From an uncultured Bacteroidota bacterium (GTDB lineage Bacteria > Bacteroidota > Ignavibacteria > UBA10030 > UBA6906), in the NCBI GenBank assembly GCA_963700635.1, contig CAVOYH010000004.1, positions 896,001 through 960,000 on the forward strand: a DNA stretch of 64,000 nt. The letters run 5' to 3'. The stretch's first letter is position 1, and every line of letters begins with the position of its first letter. Under the pieces are notes generated by a model that saw only the letters and a program-made list of their open reading frames with translations, had not been told where the DNA came from and searched no databases. Of the stretch, positions 55,840-64,000 are shown one piece after another. The position numbers and the translations under genes were made by a program.

Positions 55840-57792
55840 TCCCCCGGCTCGTACCCCCCGCATCGTCACCTCACCGGCCCTTCGTACAATCGTTACCCCA
55901 AACCCGACCAGAAGGATGATAACACCCGCCCAGACAAGGTTGATGAGCGGCTTTATACTCGCCTCAACCACAAGCGTGTCAATCGTCACGCCGGAGGTTC
56001 CCCCACGCGATGCGGGTTCCTCCAGCGCAAGTGGGGCGAGATAGAAATCACGCACGATCATGTTGGCGATGTCCGGATGTCGCATCACCCCTTCATTATA
56101 CGAACTAAAATACATCACCGGCGACAATGTGAACGAGCTGCCGTCTTTCTCGACGAGCACACGAAATGCATAACGCTCCCCATCCAACACCGTATACCCT
56201 TCGTAGGTGAGCCGGTATCCGAGAGTCTCCACGGGATTCCCCTGAGGCAACGACACGGTTTGGGTGCCGTCATATTCCGATGATGCGATAAAACCGAAGA
56301 ACATCACTGCGATGCCGATATGCGCCACCGCGCCGCCGGCAAGTTTCGGATTTCCCCGCACGATGGTCCATCCCACCTGCAGGTTCACGAGGAGCGCAAA
56401 TGTTGCTGCAAAGAGAAATGCCAGGAGGATGAGGTCCCCGACTCCCAGAGCCACGAACCCGAGCATCGCGAGGTGTGCAAGGATCAAGGGAGGCGCAAGG
56501 GCGCGGCGGAAGGCCTTGCGGTCCGACCGGGTCCACCAGAGTAATTGTCCGAATCCCATGAGTAAACCCATGGCGATGCCAAGAGGAAGCGTGGTCGTGG
56601 CGTAGTAACTGATGTCCACGACGCTCTTTTTTCCGTACAGGATATCGCTGATCATCGGAGAGGATGTTCCCACGATCACAAACAGCGCGACGAAGACAAG
56701 GGCTGACGAACCGAGGAACAGCGCAAATTCACGGGAATAGTAGTCATGCTTGGCCGGACGCCGGGGGATTTCCTTCCAGCGGCTCGCAAAGAGGATGACG
56801 GGGGCACCGACCGCAATGATCATCATGCCCACCAGCAACCAGTACACCCACATTCCCGGATCCACAAACGAATGCACGGAGGTATCGCCCAGCACGCCGC
56901 TTCGTGTGAGGAATGTTGAATACAGAACAAGGATAAAACACATCATCCCGAGGATGAGGTTTGTTCGCGCAAACGCGCCGCTTTTCCGCTGTGACATGAT
57001 GGTATGAATCGACGCGATAGCGATCAGCCAGGGGACGAGAGATGAATTTTCAACGGGATCCCACGCCCAGTATCCTCCCCAGCCGAGCGTCTCGTAGGCC
57101 CAGAAACCTCCCATCATGATCCCCATGCCGAGCACGAAGGCACCAAACACGATCCACGGGGTTGCCGGCTTGAACCAGTAATCGTAGTCACGCTTGAGAA
57201 GGGCGGCCATGGCATACGCATACGGCACGCCCATGGCGGCAAAACCGCTGAAGAGGACCTGGGGGTGGATCACCATCCAGTAGTTTTGCAACAACGGATT
57301 GAGGCCGCGCCCGTCAGCCGGGAGAAAACCGGCCTGGACTTCTCCCGCATAACTTTCCCAGACATAGAGAAAGGGGCTCTTTACAAGGAGCATAACCAGG
57401 AGCATGAGTTCGATCCCCGCAAACACGCTCATGACCTGGGCTTCATAGCCGAACCGCGAAGAATGCCGCATCAGGAAGATGCCGATCAACGCTGTGAACA
57501 GCGCCCACAGCATAAAACTTCCCTCCTGCCCCGCGTAAAACGTGGAAATCAGCAAGGGGGTCGAAAGGGCCCGGGAGGAATAACTCCAGACGTAGGTGTA
57601 TTGGAATTGATGCGTGAGGATGAAGTACAGGAGGGTTGCTGCGCTCAGGATCACAGCGACCACCGTGCTGTGGTAGAATGCACGCCCGAGAAACAATGAC
57701 CGTTCGGTTCCCTTCCGATGATGCTGTACATACCCCAGCACTGATACCACAGCCGACACAAAGGCGATCTTAATAAGAATGCCGCCGATCAT
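55717..57792 (-). CDS. ccmF: Cytochrome c heme lyase CcmF
   Basis: 'GQEGS', 'GLNPLLQN..M.IHP', WWD 'WAYETLGWGGYWAWDPVENSS', 'RSG...SVHSF'. Confidence 0.94.
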   Translation of the reverse strand: MIGGILIKIAFVSAVVSVLGYVQHHRKGTERSLFLGRAFYHSTVVAVILSAATLLYFILTHQFQYTYVWSYSSRALSTPLLISTFYAGQEGSFMLWALFTALIGIFLMRHSSRFGYEAQVMSVFAGIELMLLVMLLVKSPFLYVWESYAGEVQAGFLPADGRGLNPLLQNYWMVIHPQVLFSGFAAMGVPYAYAMAALLKRDYDYWFKPATPWIVFGAFVLGMGIMMGGFWAYETLGWGGYWAWDPVENSSLVPWLIAIASIHTIMSQRKSGAFARTNLILGMMCFILVLYSTFLTRSGVLGDTSVHSFVDPGMWVYWLLVGMMIIAVGAPVILFASRWKEIPRRPAKHDYYSREFALFLGSSALVFVALFVIVGTSSPMISDILYGKKSVVDISYYATTTLPLGIAMGLLMGFGQLLWWTRSDRKAFRRALAPPLILAHLAMLGFVALGVGDLILLAFLFAATFALLVNLQVGWTIVRGNPKLAGGAVAHIGIAVMFFGFIASSEYDGTQTVSLPQGNPVETLGYRLTYEGYTVLDGERYAFRVLVEKDGSSFTLSPVMYFSSYNEGVMRHPDIANMIVRDFYLAPLALEEPASRGGTSGVTIDTLVVEASIKPLINLVWAGVIILLVGFGVTIVRRAGEVTMRGVRAGGLRGGLHDDPDAEQIHEFPTEPRREPEQREGPGGEKEIHTR

Positions 57793-57854
57793 ACGGGCTC
57801 CTGAGTGTTAAAGAACGGACTACTGGTACAGCAGACAGATATTGAAGCCGACAG

Positions 57855-58250
57855 CTATGATGCCTTCCCGGTCACCTCGGATGCCTCTGGTTCATATTTT
57901 GAGGGGCACTTGGTCAGGACTTCTGTCGCATGAAAATATCCCTCAGGCGCGAATTTGCCTTTTGCCACAACGCTGGTGGCCATCTCGAAGTTGTTTGGCG
58001 CGGCACCTTCCAGAACCACCCGGCACTCCCGCCCCGCATCATCCGTGAGATAAAACGTGAATTGACTCGTAGAAGGGTTGAAGCTGGACTGTTTTTCCCT
58101 GTTCCAGGTCCCCTTCAGCTGCACCTTCTTGTTCTTCTCCATCGCACCGGCGATGTCCGTATACTCCACATTGCTGTCCAGAAACGAATACGCGCCAAAC
58201 CCGAGGAAGACAAGTACGACAATGGAACCGACAACAACTTTGACATTCAT
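57855..58250 (-). CDS. ccmE: Heme chaperone CcmE (CxxxY type)
   Basis: N-terminal TM, 'P.NF...VV.KG', 'A.EVLTKCPSKY'. Confidence 0.92.
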   Translation of the reverse strand: MNVKVVVGSIVVLVFLGFGAYSFLDSNVEYTDIAGAMEKNKKVQLKGTWNREKQSSFNPSTSQFTFYLTDDAGRECRVVLEGAAPNNFEMATSVVAKGKFAPEGYFHATEVLTKCPSKYEPEASEVTGKAS

Positions 58251-58266
58251 CTCCAGCTCCTCCCTT

Positions 58267-58404
58267 CTATGAATCTTGATGTGTTACTTTTTCCAGTTTG
58301 CGGATTCTTCCGTCGAGACGGAAAAGGTAGGCATACAGGCCGAGCCAGATGCCCACAACAACAATCATGACGATGTAGAGCTGATGTTCTGCAAGAAACT
58401 CCAC
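58267..58404 (-). CDS. ccmD: CcmD family protein
   Basis: GTG start; 'LYIV..VV..IW.GL..YLFRLD.RIRKLE' between ccmC and ccmE. Confidence 0.82.
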   Translation of the reverse strand: MEFLAEHQLYIVMIVVVGIWLGLYAYLFRLDGRIRKLEKVTHQDS

Positions 58405-58406
58405 GG

Positions 58407-59105
58407 CTATCCTTTCGTCTGATGGTGATATTCGAGGCGCGCCGCCCGGACCTTCAGCGTGAACATCCACACAAAAAGCATGGTGAAGGCAATCAGGGAA
58501 GCGAAAAACACAACGCGCATATTCGGAGACATGTTAAACTCGATGACCGGACCGGCCCCGCCGGGATCACCTTTCGCACCCGGGTGCAGGCCGGTCATGA
58601 TACGCGGCATGACAAACACAAAAAACGGAACCGTGACCGCCGCGATGATCGCATAGACAGACGACAACGTAGCCCGTTTCTCCTCAACTTCAATGGCTGA
58701 ACGGAGTGAGAAATACGCCCCATAGATCAGCAGGAGGACAAAGATCGACGTTTGACGGGGATCCCAGTTCCAGAAAGCTCCCCAGTTAAATTTCGCCCAG
58801 ATTGCTCCGGTTGCTGTCGCCAGGATACAGAAGAGCAAGCCAAGACCCGCCGCCGATGAAGAACGGATATCGTCCAGCATGTCCCGTTTCCGCAGATACC
58901 TGATCCCGTAAAACATGCTTGTCAGGAACGCCACCACACTCAGCCATGCCGTCGGGACATGGAAAAAGATGATACGGGCCTTCTCTTCAAGCCCGGGAAT
59001 CAGCGGGAATTCGAACCAGGATTGCGGCTGTGACGTTATGGGAATCGCGAATGCAGCAACAATGACCAGCGTGAGCAGGACGCCCAGGGCAGCTCGAAAA
59101 ATCAT
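58407..59105 (-). CDS. ccmC: Heme exporter CcmC
   Basis: 'IFFHVP.AW', WWD 'TGAIWAKFNWGAFWNWDPRQT', 'LHP'. Confidence 0.94.
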   Translation of the reverse strand: MIFRAALGVLLTLVIVAAFAIPITSQPQSWFEFPLIPGLEEKARIIFFHVPTAWLSVVAFLTSMFYGIRYLRKRDMLDDIRSSSAAGLGLLFCILATATGAIWAKFNWGAFWNWDPRQTSIFVLLLIYGAYFSLRSAIEVEEKRATLSSVYAIIAAVTVPFFVFVMPRIMTGLHPGAKGDPGGAGPVIEFNMSPNMRVVFFASLIAFTMLFVWMFTLKVRAARLEYHHQTKG

Positions 59106-59108
59106 ACG

Positions 59109-59804
59109 TCAGTCTTTCCAGATGTACTCAAAGAGCAGATACGATGTTGTCACAACCACAACAATATACGAAAAGAGGATCTGAAATTCACCTCCTGCAC
59201 CGCCCCAGGTGGTTCCCTCGGATGCCAGGCGTGTTGCATTAATCACCGTCATGAGCAGAGGTAACAGTATTGGGAACGAGAGAACCGGATAGAGGGTTCC
59301 CTTGGTGTTCGCCCGGGCAATAATGGCAGCGATGATCGTGGATGCCGCCGCCAGTCCGATACTGCCCAGCGTGACTATCGCAACAAATACGCCGTATGAA
59401 CGGATGACGAATCCGCTGATCAGGAGGGCGTAGAGTACAACGGTCAACAACGTTAACCCCGCTCCCAGCAATAGATTAAAGAGGAGTTTCCCGAAGTACA
59501 CCGCGCTTGGCGGAGCCTGAAGCTGAAGCGTCATGGATGTCCCCCGCTCTTCCTCCATCACGAAGGTGCGCGAGAGACCGGACATTGCTGCAAAAAAGAG
59601 GACGACCCAGAGCATCCCGGACAGTACCTCCGGCGAAGCAGGTTCTCCACCGAGAGAAAAAAGAATGATGGAAATGGTCGTAATGACGAACATCCCGAGG
59701 GCATTGATGGCATACCGAGTCCGCAATTCTGACCGCCAGTCTTTGAGAAAGACTGCCAGCGTGGCGCGTATCCAGCGCGTGCTATACCGCTCAGGCGATT
59801 GCAT
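59109..59804 (-). CDS. ccmB: Heme exporter CcmB
   Basis: 'KD.RSE.R', 'F..EEERGT..LQL', 'L.PVL.FP..LP'. Confidence 0.92.
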   Translation of the reverse strand: MQSPERYSTRWIRATLAVFLKDWRSELRTRYAINALGMFVITTISIILFSLGGEPASPEVLSGMLWVVLFFAAMSGLSRTFVMEEERGTSMTLQLQAPPSAVYFGKLLFNLLLGAGLTLLTVVLYALLISGFVIRSYGVFVAIVTLGSIGLAAASTIIAAIIARANTKGTLYPVLSFPILLPLLMTVINATRLASEGTTWGGAGGEFQILFSYIVVVVTTSYLLFEYIWKD

Positions 59805-60417
59805 TAAGATCCACCTCGACATCCCATCGATCGATGTCAGTACGATCGTTTGTGGCGACGACAAGAATGCCCGCCGCCAGCTGGTCCCGCATTATAGAAC
59901 GGACTGTCACCACGCCATCCGCGTCCAGATTCGACATGGGTTCGTCAAGCACAAGGACCGGGGGACGATGAACCAGGGCCATGGCGTATTTCAGACGTTG
60001 TTTCATGCCGGATGAGAAACCACGCACGGGATCGTGACGCTTCGCATCAAGCCCTACACGATCCAGGAGCGCCCGGTTTTGCTCTTCCTCCGACCGGAAA
60101 CCTCTTAATGTCATGCTCATGTGAAGATTCTCCATCGCCGAGAAGTCCTCATAGACCTCAAGGTACGGCGCCACCAATCCGATAAGGGCCTTGCGCGCAA
60201 ATTGATCGGACGCACCCTCAGCGTGAATCCTCACCACTCCTGCGGTGGGCGTGAGAACCCCGCAGATGATCCTGACAAGCGTGGATTTCCCGGAACCGTT
60301 CCGCCCTGCGATAAGCAGGACGTTACCCCGGGCAACAGCGAACGAGATGCCGGAGAAGATGATCCGGCGACTAAAAACCTGGCGAACCTTTTCTGCGTTG
60401 ATCTCCGGCGTCATCAT
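59791..60417 (-). CDS. ccmA: Heme ABC exporter ATPase CcmA
   Basis: GRNGSGKS, FSSGMKQR, LVLDEP; upstream of ccmB. Confidence 0.9.
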   Translation of the reverse strand: MMTPEINAEKVRQVFSRRIIFSGISFAVARGNVLLIAGRNGSGKSTLVRIICGVLTPTAGVVRIHAEGASDQFARKALIGLVAPYLEVYEDFSAMENLHMSMTLRGFRSEEEQNRALLDRVGLDAKRHDPVRGFSSGMKQRLKYAMALVHRPPVLVLDEPMSNLDADGVVTVRSIMRDQLAAGILVVATNDRTDIDRWDVEVDLNAIA

Positions 60418-62099
60418 TACCTTCTCACCAGGGCGATTTTTCCGCGGAGTCGCCCGTCTGCGAGGTCCAGAACAAAAAAATAGACGCCGCTGGGGACACT
60501 CCGTCCATCGTTGTCTTTTCCCTCCCAGAAAAACATCTGGCGGTCAAGGAAGAGGCCGGAGACAAGATTGTCGCCTGCGTACACGAGGTCCATGCCCGCG
60601 GAATATATGTACAACGATCCCCGGACCTGGTCTCGCGACCCCACCGGGACGCCAACCCGCGTGTGGATTGCCGGCATAAATGGACTCGGAATCGGGCGCC
60701 CCTCCAGTATCGTTTCAGGAGAGAAGTTCCTCCCGATGCTGTCTCCCTGCACGTACCAGGTTGTCCAGGCCGAAAGGTCTGCTACTTCCAGGAAGGCAAA
60801 AATACCCAGTGGAGTCGGGAGGTATGTTTCGTCCGGCCGGGATGATTGAAAATGGTACGTGTAGGATTTTGTCGGCGGAGAACTTGATCCGGCACCAGCA
60901 AGGTCCATATTGTTGAGAATCACGGTCATGGTATCCGGCGGGCGAATGACCTCGTAATACCGGGAACCGAGGGCGGGCAGGCTTCCCTGGACATCCCGCG
61001 TTGGGGGCGTGAACTCCACAGGCACCTGGATCATGGATGGGTAGTCCGCCCCGTCGGGATAATACTTTTCCGGATTGCTCCGTGAACCGGTGAAGACATT
61101 CCACAGCGTCCAATCGGTGAAGGCTGCGCTAAAATCAGAATTCTGGTTCCGCAATGCTCTGTCAATGGCCTGGAGGGGCGGCACGATCCTGATCTGCTCC
61201 CAGCTTGCCCGCATCAGGTCCCGCCCGAACTTTTTGCTCACATAATGTCCCCACAGGCTCCGGCTATACATGACAATCTCATTGGATGAGAACGATTTGT
61301 CCGGATTCCGAAAGTGTCCCCCGAACGAGCCGAGATAGTTCAGGTAGTCATCCACGTCCGGGTACACCACATCTTCCATCCAGGTGGAGGTAATCTCATA
61401 AAAGAACACGTGCTCGGTCCAGTATCCATAATTGCCGATCTGGAGAGCGTGATGAAGTTCATGAGCGAGCGTGACGCGGAGTCCAGGAAGACCGCGGTTT
61501 TCGAGCGGACGCACAAAAACAAAATCATTGTCGATCGTGATAAATGTCGATGATGTGCCTCCTTCCGGCGGCCAGGTATCGGGAGTGGCATACCCGTACA
61601 TCGCCCCGAGCTCCATAACGAAGATGTCATATTCCGGCCCGCCGCCCAGAGTGCCGTCGGAGGGGAGAGTGCCGTACCCCAGGGTTTGCGTTTCGAGAGG
61701 GGCGATGTATGCCAGTGAAACAAAGATCGAGTCCACGTAGGCGAACGCCGTATTGGGAAGACGTGCCCCGTTCTGGTCCAGCATGGCGGGTGTGTGCACG
61801 CCGGTTGTATCAAAGTGAACGCGGAATTCCCCCCGGACGATGTTCGTCTGCATGCTGGGTCGGGTGAGTATTTGGTGAACCGATTGTTGCAGGGATCCGC
61901 GGGCACTCTGGCGGATGTTCAGTGCGTGGAAGACCGAGGGGAGAGCGCATTTTACAGGTTCCCCTTCCGGAGGTGTTGTCCCCTGCTCCTGCATCAGCAA
62001 CCGCACCGCTGATGCGGCGGGCGATTCAATTGAGTGCTGCGTCCAGGCCGTCTGCACGGTCAGCACAACAAGCAGGAGGATTCCCAGGCGAAGGTTCAT
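60417..62099 (-). CDS. Secreted zinc metalloprotease (MXAN_6640-like) with FlgD/T9SS-like C-terminus
   Basis: 'FRVHF', 'IDND', 'TLAHELHHALQ', 'E.TSTWMED'; 'W.GKD.DGR.VPSGVYF'. Confidence 0.82.
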   Translation of the reverse strand: MNLRLGILLLVVLTVQTAWTQHSIESPAASAVRLLMQEQGTTPPEGEPVKCALPSVFHALNIRQSARGSLQQSVHQILTRPSMQTNIVRGEFRVHFDTTGVHTPAMLDQNGARLPNTAFAYVDSIFVSLAYIAPLETQTLGYGTLPSDGTLGGGPEYDIFVMELGAMYGYATPDTWPPEGGTSSTFITIDNDFVFVRPLENRGLPGLRVTLAHELHHALQIGNYGYWTEHVFFYEITSTWMEDVVYPDVDDYLNYLGSFGGHFRNPDKSFSSNEIVMYSRSLWGHYVSKKFGRDLMRASWEQIRIVPPLQAIDRALRNQNSDFSAAFTDWTLWNVFTGSRSNPEKYYPDGADYPSMIQVPVEFTPPTRDVQGSLPALGSRYYEVIRPPDTMTVILNNMDLAGAGSSSPPTKSYTYHFQSSRPDETYLPTPLGIFAFLEVADLSAWTTWYVQGDSIGRNFSPETILEGRPIPSPFMPAIHTRVGVPVGSRDQVRGSLYIYSAGMDLVYAGDNLVSGLFLDRQMFFWEGKDNDGRSVPSGVYFFVLDLADGRLRGKIALVRR

Positions 62100-64000
62100 C
62101 GGCCGAAGAGCCCTCTATGGAAACTCACCGTATGCCGGGAAGGAAAAGAAAGTACGATAGAGGATCCGGAAACCGGATCCCCCGTCCCAATGGCAAAAAA
62201 CTCTGCGCCATGTGCTTTGATGACAAGCTGCGGAGGCGTGTAACGCCCTCCGTGTATTCCGTACATGCAGTAGACGGCATCACGCTCCGCGTCGAGATAC
62301 ACGATATCCGTGTCACCATCATTGTCAACATCCCGAAGCGAGAGAGCATCCTCATGAGCCAGATGAATGCCGGCAGTCCAGGTGGAATCCAGCGATAAAC
62401 TCCCGTCTTCTAATCCATACGCAATGCGTAACGCCGGTTGAGGTTGCGAAAGGTACAGCAGGAGATCAGTGTGTGCGTCTCCGTTCAACGTCCCGGTCCA
62501 AAGATAGCGGACGGTGGTCGTCGTATCCGGCAGCGTGAAAAGGGGCTCGATTGTTTTGAAATCATAATCGGCGTCCGCGGGTGCGATGCAGAGCATGGAG
62601 ACCCGTGTGGATCGGTCCCTGAGCGCCAGCACGAGATCGTTTTTCATGTTTGCGGTCATGTCCCCGATCGTCATCGCCGTAATCGTGGTCGGGAGCGTGG
62701 ACCGATAGGTCCGCTCAAGAAACTGTTCGCCGCCGATTTCTTCATACAGCGTAAGGGGGGCACGGCTGCCGCCATTCTGCGCATTGCGCACCAGAATGCG
62801 GAGCCGGTGTGTCGCCGGGTCTGCTTCCGCAAGCAGGAGTGCAGGGCGGGATTCCGTCGGCACTGTCAGGAGGCGTGATCGTTCAAAAGTCCGTGAAAAC
62901 CGCGTGATCCCGATCTGTCCCAGTGCAGGATGAACTGATACAACCGTTGAGCCTGTTGACTCTCCGGCCCGGACGATTTTGAGAGGCCCGGGTTTCTCCG
63001 GAACGGACACTGCGCGCTGCCCGAGGAAAGCTCCCGTTCCTGTGCTGGCAAAAATGCTGATGCTCGAAGAGCCTGCATTGGCAACCAGCAGATCGTCAAA
63101 GCCGTCGTTTGTGCAGTCCCCTATGCCCAGCATGCGTGGCTGCACTCCCGCCGCATACTCCGTGGGCCACGCGACAAAACTGGAGTGTTGGGCGTTACCC
63201 AGCACGATGATCTTGTTTCGCTTGTGGTCGGCGATAACAAGATCCGTTTTTCGGTCTCCGTCAATATCGTCGAGACTCCACGATACCGATTCCGCCCCGG
63301 TGCCGAATTGTGTGAGGGGCATGAAGGTCGTTGACGACCGCCCGAGCGCGACCGTCATCCCCGCCGGCGTCGAGACCACCATATCCGGAAGCTGATCGTC
63401 GTTGATGAGGGAGAAGCTCACGGCGAGGGGACGAGCCGGCATATCGATTGTTTCTTTGATGGAGAATTCTCCGGCAGGTGTCCCGATCACATGCGCCACG
63501 GCGTTAAGTTCCGGCATGGTCACCAGAAACCGCAGAATGCGGCGGTTCTCCACACGCATGAACGTCATCCTGCCCGGCTCGGACGGTAAGCGGAGGGTGA
63601 CCTGTTCAGAAAACAACCCGTTGCCGACCCCAAATTGTACGACCAGGCAATCCGACAGCCAGTGGAGGAGCACAACATCGGTGATTCTGTCGCCATTGAG
63701 ATCTGTGGCGACGAGATCGCCGGCGGATATCTCCGGAAACAGAAGACGTCCGGGCGTGAACCGGCCGTCAGGAGCACCCAGCCACGGCTCTACCCCGCTC
63801 ATGTTACGCCCAAAGAAGAGCAGATCTTTTCGTCCATCGTTGTTGATGTCAGCAGTCACAAAACGCTGCGCGCGGTGTTCAAGCCGGAACTGCTGGCGCC
63901 TGTGTGTACCCTGTTCCGGCCGGAGAATTTCGACCTGCTGGCCGTCGGGTGAGAGAATCACCAGCTCGCCGATGCCGTCCCCGTTAACATCCGTTGACGT
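62096..64000 (-). CDS. FG-GAP/VCBS repeat beta-propeller protein, start lies beyond the window
   Basis: Repeated 'DINNDGRKDL', 'DLNGDRITDV', 'DIDGDRKTDL', 'DVDNDGDTDI'. Confidence 0.85.
   Translation of the reverse strand, partial: TSTDVNGDGIGELVILSPDGQQVEILRPEQGTHRRQQFRLEHRAQRFVTADINNDGRKDLLFFGRNMSGVEPWLGAPDGRFTPGRLLFPEISAGDLVATDLNGDRITDVVLLHWLSDCLVVQFGVGNGLFSEQVTLRLPSEPGRMTFMRVENRRILRFLVTMPELNAVAHVIGTPAGEFSIKETIDMPARPLAVSFSLINDDQLPDMVVSTPAGMTVALGRSSTTFMPLTQFGTGAESVSWSLDDIDGDRKTDLVIADHKRNKIIVLGNAQHSSFVAWPTEYAAGVQPRMLGIGDCTNDGFDDLLVANAGSSSISIFASTGTGAFLGQRAVSVPEKPGPLKIVRAGESTGSTVVSVHPALGQIGITRFSRTFERSRLLTVPTESRPALLLAEADPATHRLRILVRNAQNGGSRAPLTLYEEIGGEQFLERTYRSTLPTTITAMTIGDMTANMKNDLVLALRDRSTRVSMLCIAPADADYDFKTIEPLFTLPDTTTTVRYLWTGTLNGDAHTDLLLYLSQPQPALRIAYGLEDGSLSLDSTWTAGIHLAHEDALSLRDVDNDGDTDIVYLDAERDAVYCMYGIHGGRYTPPQLVIKAHGAEFFAIGTGDPVSGSSIVLSFPSRHTVSFHRGLFGR

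Noticed and set aside
1-64000. CRISPR arrays, transposases, phage or defence genes
   Set aside because: No regularly spaced repeats or diagnostic motifs found by eye

Overview
About 57% GC bacterial chromosome segment, most consistent with an Ignavibacteria-like member of the FCB group. Evidence: several proteins end in a 'QN[YF]PNPFNP...YD.LGREV' T9SS sorting domain; GGAGG Shine-Dalgarno sites and E. coli-like -35/-10 promoters are used; bshB1 and a System I* ccm operon are present. Positions 1-45.6 kb are accessory-looking. They carry an ECF sigma/FecR/TonB-receptor set, a class-I isoprenoid-synthase-like protein, a Tat-exported PLP enzyme, crcB/DUF190, a phosphoesterase, a frameshifted GH97, a GH76-like protein, three T9SS cargo proteins, NatAB, a ROK protein, a five-gene corrinoid methyltransferase + MetVF cluster, an M6 protease next to a two-component pair, and a stress-type cluster (CsbD, DUF4398/OmpA, DUF3185, decayed lmo0937) with a shared 32-bp upstream motif. 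Positions 45.7-64 kb are core genes: tRNA-Lys, secG, ribE, ribD, phoR/phoB-like, dxs, xseAB (xseA frameshifted in a G-run), bshB1 and ccmABCDEF. No CRISPR array, rRNA, integrase or transposase was seen. All product calls come from motif recognition by eye, not from database searches.
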